A stretch of 64,000 nucleotides of DNA, from the NCBI RefSeq assembly GCF_006345805.1, contig NC_042998.1:115630001-115694000 (forward strand), in the 5' to 3' direction. This document shows, piece by piece, positions 56,248 through 64,000 of the stretch (position 1 is its first letter; every line of letters starts with the position of its first letter). Position numbers and translations under genes: made by a program. The DNA is from Octopus sinensis. Taxonomy: Eukaryota. The notes below the pieces were generated by a model that saw only the letters and a program-made list of their open reading frames with translations, was not told the DNA's origin and searched no databases.

Positions 56248-56402
56248 AAAGGAAATCCGTTGGAAAAACAAAAACAGAACAGAGGCAGAGCAAAAAACAA
56301 ATCGAACTGTGCTCCTAAGAGCCCATGGCGAAACTTAGGAGCACAGTTCGATTTGTTTTTGCTCTGCCTCTGTTTGTTTTTGTTTTTCCAACGGATTTCC
56401 TT

Positions 56403-56490
56403 TTTCTTCCTGAAGAGAAAGACACAATATGGTCCATTATTCAATCGGATTTTGGTAATTTGTGCCTTTCGAAACACGTGTAGAATGAAA
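56403..56490 (+). ncRNA. Type I hammerhead ribozyme motif with long stem II
   Basis: CTGAAGA 56410-16; stem II GAAAGaCACAA/TTGTGcCTTTC; GAAA 56471-74; palindromic ACACGTGT stem III; GUA triplet ending at 56482; stem I TTTCTTC/GAAtGAAA. Confidence 0.78.
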
Positions 56491-56945
56491 TAAAACGATT
56501 TCTGTTCAATCTGCGTTCAGCTCCATTTCTTCATTCACCAATAATGTTTTAATTTCAATTATCCGCACCAACGCACGGTTGCAACGCCAGATGGTTGTAC
56601 CTCCAACCGTGCTGTTCACTGCTGTGATTTTTGCTACTAAGGTATCGGTTAAACTTTTGATTAATCCACTACAAGATTATTCATCTTTCTATTTCACATA
56701 ATATATATATATATATATATATATACATACATAAAGCACTTGACCGGTAACCACAGAGATGTGAGTTCAAGTCTCATGGCTGAATGTTCACAAATGTTTC
56801 CGCAAAATATGGATAGATTATCCTGTTCTTGCTGTTTTAGCAAAATTATTCTGGGTTGGAGAATAAGATATTTCCTTATCTTTATCATATATATATATAG
56901 AGAGAGAGAGGGGGGAAGAAAGAGAGATAGATAGATAAATAGATA

Positions 56946-57108
56946 CGACATGCTTCTTCCAGTTGCCGTCTAAAAATATCCGCTGGGAGGTCTTGTTTGA
57001 CCTGAGGGTATAATAGAAGGCACTTGCCCAAGATGCCACGTAGTGGGACCGATCCTGGAACCATGTGGTTGGGTAGCAAGCTTCTTGCCACACAACCACG
57101 CGCCTGCG
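56946..57108 (-). mobile_element. tRNA-derived SINE, second family, 5' part
   Basis: Reverse-complement similarity to 22816-22975. Confidence 0.7.
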
Positions 57109-57984
57109 TCTAAAAACAGAAAAACGAATCAAAGAAATCCTGGTATAGTGTTACAATATTAAAGAGTGCTTGTAGGTATTAGTAACTATTTTATTCCTAC
57201 CAGGCTCTCAGCCGGTACTGCGTATACCAAATTTTTTGATTAATTAATGTCGTCGTAGCTGCCCTATAAGAGGCAGGTTATTTTCTGCTGGAATGTTTTT
57301 TGATTATACGGTTGCTTGAATAGAGTTGATCCCTGGATAGGCAGAAAAGGCGATATACTTTAAAAAATCAAAGATATTTATTGTTGAAGGAAAATAATCA
57401 CACTCTTCCTTAATGACCTATACGTCTAAACAAATATGTGCGATACTGTCTATTTTCTATTCTATTTTCATACCATTCTATTTTCATAAGACTCCAAACT
57501 CTGCTAGTCACCTTGCTCGACGCTATTAGTTCTATTCTACTGCCATACTACTCTAATTAACGGAGATATTTAATAAGTAGCACGAGCTGGCTGAATTAAT
57601 GTTAGAAAAGATGGGTACTAAACCACTGCACATTACCTTGAGTGTGTGTGTGTGTGTTTGTGTGTGAGAGAGAGAGAGAGAGTGTATATGTTTGTGTGTA
57701 AATTCAAGTTAAACGGAAAATGGAGAAAAGTTCTTGATCAACAAAGTGACTACCATCGATTACTATTTTTTAATAAAATACCTTATCCGTTTTAACAGCT
57801 GTTTCTGCTTCTAATATCCGTCAGTGCTGCCAAAGAAAATTCTGTGAATAATATTCGTGTTATTCTATAGCACAACCGATCTAGTACATGGTGCTTCATG
57901 AGGGTGAAGAGAAATGCATAAAATGAAAGAAGAGAAGAGAAAAGAACACATATATACATATATATACATAGGGAGAGAGAAAGA

Positions 57985-58280
57985 GATCATCTTCGGTCAG
58001 GAATGACATTGGGATTGCTTTTAGGAAGTAACCCTTCGGGGAACACCTCTGGGCAAAGTTGTTTATGGAAGACCTGCAGCCGTCCATAAATATCAACCTC
58101 TTCACTCCACGCCATCGATGTTACCCAAGGGAAAGTAAAGGCCGATAGAGCTTGGCACCAGTAATGTTGCAGCTCATTTCTACAGATTAGTGAACTGGAA
58201 TAAGTGAAATAGAACAAAGCACACAGCCCGGTCCGGGAATCGAACTCACTACCTCATGATTGTGAGCCCGACGCTCTAAC
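57985..58280 (-). mobile_element. tRNA-derived SINE, third family
   Basis: Head tggcccagtggttagagc...gagttcgattccc; tail matches 47150-47350. Confidence 0.78.
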
Positions 58281-59009
58281 CACTGGGCCATGAGACTTCA
58301 CCCCCACACGCACACATGCACACACGCGCACACACATACACATACACACACACAGAGTAGAGTTGCAATAGTACTAACTGTCAACCTGTATAATTAATAT
58401 TCCATAACTTACACAGTCTTGGCTATAAAAAATATTTTAAACATACACGTGTCTCTGTTTTTCCTCCACCACCACTTGACAAACGTTATTGGTGTGTTTA
58501 TGTACCCGTAATTCAGTGGTTCGGCAAAAAAGATTGATAGAATAAATACTGGGTTTTACTTCAGATTCTATATTATTCGAAATGTTCTTTCTTATATACG
58601 GATATTAAGGCGTGATCCAATAAGTATTTGATTGTTATTTCAAGCAGGCTAACTGACGACTATATAGGAACTCTCTCAATGTCACGCAATTTAGTAAGAT
58701 AGGATCAAACCAAGATTCTGCAGAAATGCACGATGGTTCGCATCGGCCACCGTCAATCAATATAACATCTAATACGCGAGTCGGACAAGTTCAAATACCG
58801 TGAGAAGTGTAATGATCTAGCTTGTAACCTATTTACCTAGCTCTCGTCCAAGGGACACTACACCTGTTTCTCTGTTCCTCACTGTCAACTGAAGGGTGAA
58901 GTTTGAAACTGCATGTGGTTAATTACATCGCATTATACCTTTGATCGTATTGTTTTCTACATAGATCACAAGTAGCCAAAGTTTATGAGTAGCAGAAATA
59001 AATATCTAC

Positions 59010-59137
59010 CTTACATTCACCATGTACGCACATATCTGTGCCTTGTCTGTAACAATATGTGCCATCAAGAACAGTCCCAAATGATTTCTGAATGGGATAT
59101 AGCGTGTTTTCACATATCAGGCGGCAGGGTGTTTTCT
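59010..59137 (-). CDS. ADAMTSL5: ADAMTSL5-like protein, internal exon A (ADAMTS cysteine-rich module, first half)
   Basis: Polypyrimidine+cag acceptor at 59138-59150 and gtagat donor; 128 nt = 2 nt + 42 codons KTPCRLICENTLYPIQKSFGTVLDGTYCYRQGTDMCVHGECK, with the ADAMTS 'VLDGTxC...CVxGxC' signature; ends in phase 0, matching exon B. Confidence 0.92.
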
Positions 59138-59304
59138 CTGAAAAAAAAAATTTCAATAATAATAATAACACAAAAAAAATAAAAACAGTAAATATGACGC
59201 ATGTCAAAAGCTTAGTCATAACATGTAACTTTAGCAGTGGTGCTGTATTGCTTGTGTCAGAGAAGGAGTTGTGCTATATATTTTACTCTGAATACTATTT
59301 GTTC

Positions 59305-59356
59305 ACTCCCCCTCCTCCTCCCTCTCCTCCTCCTTCTCTCTCCTCCTCCTCCCCTA

Positions 59357-59417
<61 letters not shown>

Positions 59418-59572
59418 CTCTGCTGCTACTGCTGCTACTGTTGCTGCTACTGTTGCTGCAGCTGCTGCTGCTGTCGCTGCCACCGCCGTCACCACCACAA
59501 CTATCACCACCATCACCACCACCGCCATCCTCCTCCTCCTCCTCCTGCAAATACTACTACTACTACTACTAG
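59305..59572. repeat. Compound trinucleotide tract (CCT/ACT/GCT/ACC)n
   Basis: Direct reading; intronic, about 170 bp before exon A on the gene strand. Confidence 0.9.
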
Positions 59573-62500
59573 GCGCTTTTAGTTTGTTTACATATATTTT
59601 TATAGGTGGTGCTTAGAGAAAGCGATAAGAGAGAGAGAGCAATGAGAGACAGTGTGAGAGAGTAAGCAATGAAAAAGTGAGAGAAAGTGAGAGAAACAGA
59701 GACAGAGACAGATAGAGAAAGAAAGAAAGAGATGCTGATTGGGTTTGTGACTAAATATATGGAAACATTCAACTGTACTACATTCTCATTTGTGTTTCTA
59801 CAGAATGACTTCCTGTTATATTTTTTTTATTCAATATTTAAAATAGTGATCTCAAAGGGCGCACGGTGAGGGGTATCGAGATGCACTGCAAATTTTTAAA
59901 TATGTAATTCAAGGCTATAGAAAATCCATATTACTGCTGAGTGAGTTGAAAAACCTGTTATTCGTAGCTTTTGCTGTACACAAGAATGATTAATAAAACA
60001 TAAAAGCAACAGTTTTCATTTTTGCGTCTAAATGTTTAACTAAGAAACCAATTTTCGAAAAGCTTTCAATGAAAATTGCGCTCATAATGTTTTTGTTTCG
60101 TATGCAGTACCCCACGAACTCAAAAATACTGTTTCAAAAAGATTGAAAGCCAACATTCTGATAGTAATTGTTCCAGCTCTGATCAAATCTCGCCGAAGTC
60201 AACTCAGCCTTTTGTCCCTCCAATGATGGAAAATAAAGTATCAGAAATATATTGCTTAGAATCGATTTAATATCATTCATTCAGAGGTGACTACGTTGCA
60301 CCTTAAGTGTATTCTGGAGGGATCCTTTATAGCATAATCTTCCTTCAAGCCTTAAGAGGGAGTTGGGTTCAGAGTTAGCAAACACTTCTCGTCTTGCCTT
60401 TTCTTGGACTCGCATTTCTTTAGTGAAAACGTCGAGGTGTCGTTGTGATATATGATATCTTGGACATTTTTAGACTTGGTGGAAACCATACCTCTCTACG
60501 TCTATTCACAGATGATTCCTTCCAGAATAAAGAAAATAGAAAAATAATCCGAGTGCAGGACAGGTACTTTATTTAACGACTCCGAAATGATGAAAGACAA
60601 AGTTGACATGAGTAAGATTTGAAGTCGGGGCACAAGGTGTCAAAACATTTAATACAAATCATTCTATCTGACAGTCTAACGGTGTGAACAATTAGCTTCT
60701 TCGTCTGGGATGCTTAAAAGCGCCCAAGCACCATGTAACTTGGCAGGCGAGGGTGGACCAATATGCCGAGGGGCACAGAATGATGAACAAAAAAAAAAGC
60801 GATAGTTGGGTAAAAGTAACGCTATGTCTATAGAGCTGAAATATTTCAAACATTATTTCGTTACATTTTGTTTTACTTAAATAATGTTTAGTGTGGCTTA
60901 ATCAGAAGAAGAGCATCACCCATAACACTTTCCAAGGTTCTAGTCACTGTTAGGATGGAAGAAAGAACTGATCTGCACGTCAGAGACCTGGCTCGAATGC
61001 TTGCAACTGAGTGAACTCCACTATAACTACGTAAACGGCAGGTAGTGGTTGTAAATCGAAATGTTCATGTTCTCAGCTTTAAATATACTAATATTTTATG
61101 GTGTAGTTCGTCCTTCTTTTTTTCTCTGCTTAAGTTGCTGTGTATAGGAAGTCAAGTAACTATGCTAAGCTCTACATTGTTTCTTATAGTTGTTTTGTGA
61201 GATAGAATTTATCTTACTCCGCGGTGATAAAAAAAAAACATATTAAAATGTAGTTTAATCTCTATTAAGCCGTAGGTGTAGGATGCTTACTTTATATTTA
61301 ACATAATAATTCCTCATTCATCAATTTTCGGTGCAATTTTGTAGATTTACAGTGTGCATAGCAGGAAGAGATATTCTCTTCACCTCAATAGTTATAATGA
61401 ACTTATTGATCGAAATTCTATTTTTTTGTTTTTTCATTTCCCAACTGAAAAAAAAATTGATTTTTGTATCTTTTATATTTTATAAAATTTTATTTTTTAC
61501 AATTATTATTAGGATTGCAATGAATAATAGTGTATTGGCAAAATAAGTAGAGCACCGGATTAAATACTTAGTGGGAATTAGTTAGAATCTTTTACGTTCG
61601 AATCCCGTTTTATCTTTTGTCGTTTCAACGTCAATAAATGTCAGTTAACTCAATTACAGTCAAAATCCATAATGAGGCAGTAGGTGAAAAAAAACAGACA
61701 CAAACTTGTTCCTCCTTGCTTCTATAGTCAGTGCGATGCATTCCACCATCTTTGTTGCTGTCTATTCCTTGACATCACTGAACGACTAATTCCTGGCTTT
61801 CCTACTCAGCTTTTACTGCTCGGATGATTGTCGCGAATAATTATATTCACTAGAGTTGACTGTCAGTGTCGTGTAATATGACAAAAATCACATGATTTAG
61901 TGGAATTGAGAATTTTAGCACGTGAGAAATATGTTTCGCGGTTCGGAGACAATCCCCATCCCAATTCTCTTTCGCGTAAGGTTTCCCTCATCCAACGTCC
62001 AGGCTTCGTAACCATAAAGTACAGTCAATACTGCCTTCACGCTCCCCTTCTCCATTTTTCTTATTTCTGCTATTATAATATTTTTATATTTTCAAGCAGG
62101 GTCTAACTTTGCTAAAGCTGCTGTAACTGCTACAATTAACTAATTGACTTATTTCTTTGATTTCACATCTGTAATTGCTTTTGTCAAATATTTCAATTAA
62201 TTAATAGCCTTTCAATTGAATTGACTACTTACTATTTGCTTTTATTAGTTATCATTATTTCTATCACTTTCAATATAATTTGCATTTTCATTTCAGTTAT
62301 ATAAGAAAGTGTTGCAATGTCACCGGGTTCTTTTTCATTTTGTCCTACTATATCAGTATCGTTAACAGCACGGGACAATGATGGTATTACTTTGCTGTCT
62401 TGCGAGGCCGTGCGGTGTTGCATGTCTATGACGACTGCCACCCGATCACAGATCTCTGAAAGATACATCTGCAGTAACCACCTGACAATACTGTGCCAAG

Positions 62501-63189
62501 AGAGTGAAATAGAACCAGAGGTCGACTTCGTTATCGATGCTCTTCCTGGTGACATTTAAATTTCTCCATTTCACATATTGTTGGACTTGTTTTTGGACAG
62601 GTGCATCAAGTACAATGTGAGCTGGTGTCTTAAATATGGGAGAAAATGCGTTAAGGGGCCATACACAATTCCTCAACCAATAAACGAGATTTTACTTAAT
62701 GTGATCACTAGGCTTTCTCCGTACTTTCTTTGAATGGGACAAATAAGTTTTTTGTGGCCCTTCAGGTAGCCATGTCTTCCTCTTGTACAACTCTGGAATA
62801 TATTGTGGAAGGTTGGTGCCCGTCTTGTGAACAGAATGATGTCAAACTTTAGTTATTCGAAAGTTCGGTCGCGAAAGATGACGTTTCAATAGACGTCGCT
62901 AGAATTTCGTTTGGCCCAGTACACTTATGATTGTTGCTGCGTGTTGTTCCTAAATGTATCGTCTGTTATGCAGTTTTATTTTTGATGAAACAGTATATTT
63001 TTATTTTCTGCAATTTCTGTGCTTACGCATTTATTAATCATTTTCATCTTTTTGCTGGAGAGGAAACTGTCTTGTTAGACTAAAAACTGTTTTGTTTTGC
63101 TAAACGTATTCTTTTTTAAGTAGAGGCGGCTTCTGTCAAACATGAAGCTATTTTTAACTTAGAGCGTAAATTAATAGTGTTAATATTTT

Positions 63190-64000
63190 AAAAAACCGAC
63201 TTCGTTGACTATCGAGGTAGACATTCTAAAAACGTTCAGTAATCATCTATCAGAAAGCACAGAAAAAGCTAAGCGTATGAAAACTCGTGCTAAAACTGCT
63301 GCTTTAGATATTCTCACTGATAAATGGCAAGAAAACCTCTCGGTGGCGAATATCCAAAGAGAGCTAATAATGCCGATGGTGACAAAGCCCTGACCTATCA
63401 ATGGTTAATGTCTTCAGGCATAAAATCAGAAACAGAAGGGTTTATCATAGCAGCCCAAGAGCAATGCCTTCCTACAAGAAAATACCAGGTCAACATATTA
63501 AAGAATGGTAGTAGCCAAACATATCCTGTATGTAAACAACAAAATGAAACCACTGATCATGTTGTCTCTATGTGCAGTCTTCTTGCGCCTACGGAGTATC
63601 TCATCAGGCATGGCAGAGCAGCACAATACATCCATTGGTTAATTTACAAAAATCTGGACTTGCCTCATGATAAAAACTGGTAAGAACACAAACCACCTCC
63701 AGAGCTTGAAAATGATCACATTTCACTCTTCTGCAATTTCTCCATTCAAACTGACAGAAAAATAGATGCGAATAGGCAAGACGTTGTATTGAAAGAATTC
63801 AGACAAAAATCATGCCTTCTCATTGATATGACTGTCTCAATCGACATAAAGGTATCTGTCAAGACCTATAAAAAACTGAGCAAATATACAGATCTAGAAA
63901 TAGAAATTGGCAAAAGATGGAATCTCAAAATTATAAAACAATACCTGTTGTTATAGGTTCCCTAGGAATGATAGCAAAAGGCGTTGATTCCTACCTAGCT
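63190..64000 (+). mobile_element. R4/Dong-clade LINE, zinc-knuckle plus RLE region (pseudogenised, runs off the window)
   Basis: WLMSSGIKSETEGFIIAAQEQCLPTRKY...VCKQQNETTDHVVSMC..LA..EYLIRH; then IQTDRKIDANRQDVV, LIDM, KLSKYTDLEIEI, IPVVIGSLG. Confidence 0.88.

Larger units (their letters stand above)
56098..56702. mobile_element. Non-coding Penelope-like (pLTR-type) element with ~220-bp fold-back arms, inserted in (TA)n
   Basis: Arms 56098-56319 and 56334-56551 are near-perfect reverse complements around a 14-nt loop; unique tail to 56702; (TA)n on both sides; carries hammerheads. Confidence 0.7.

Noticed and set aside
56157-56493. Two near-identical ORFs on opposite strands
   Set aside because: A by-product of the palindrome; the functional signal is RNA structure
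59092-59616. Poly-T/A/L/S/V ORFs
   Set aside because: Trinucleotide tract open in several frames; intronic or antisense to exon A
62232-62700. Complex-looking ORFs on both strands
   Set aside because: No recognisable domain or splice-compatible ADAMTS exon; probably a decayed transposon

Overview
AT-rich, microsatellite-dense eukaryotic genomic DNA. The tRNA-derived SINE families and (TA)n/(TATG)n/(CA)n load suggest an octopus-type cephalopod (inference). Nearly all ORF-track entries are simple-repeat artefacts. The real gene is on the minus strand: six small GT-AG exons (59137-59010, 46512-46383, 43630-43547, 35640-35477, 33418-33058, 26981-26919) splice in frame into an ADAMTS cysteine-rich module, a spacer, a basic linker and the start of an NTR module, i.e. 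an ADAMTSL5-like extracellular-matrix protein. Its first and last exons were not found in the window. The introns hold Penelope-like retroelements, R4/Dong and RTE LINE fragments, SINEs, mariner/Tc1 relics, a MITE and a Helitron. The most interesting signal is a set of hammerhead ribozyme motifs. Four have intact cores (10661-10726 +, 12643-12677 -, and a mirror pair at 56160-56247 - / 56403-56490 + inside a ~450-bp fold-back), and there are several decayed ones. They sit in or next to Penelope-type or inverted-repeat elements embedded in microsatellites. Ribozyme activity is predicted from motif and pairing only.
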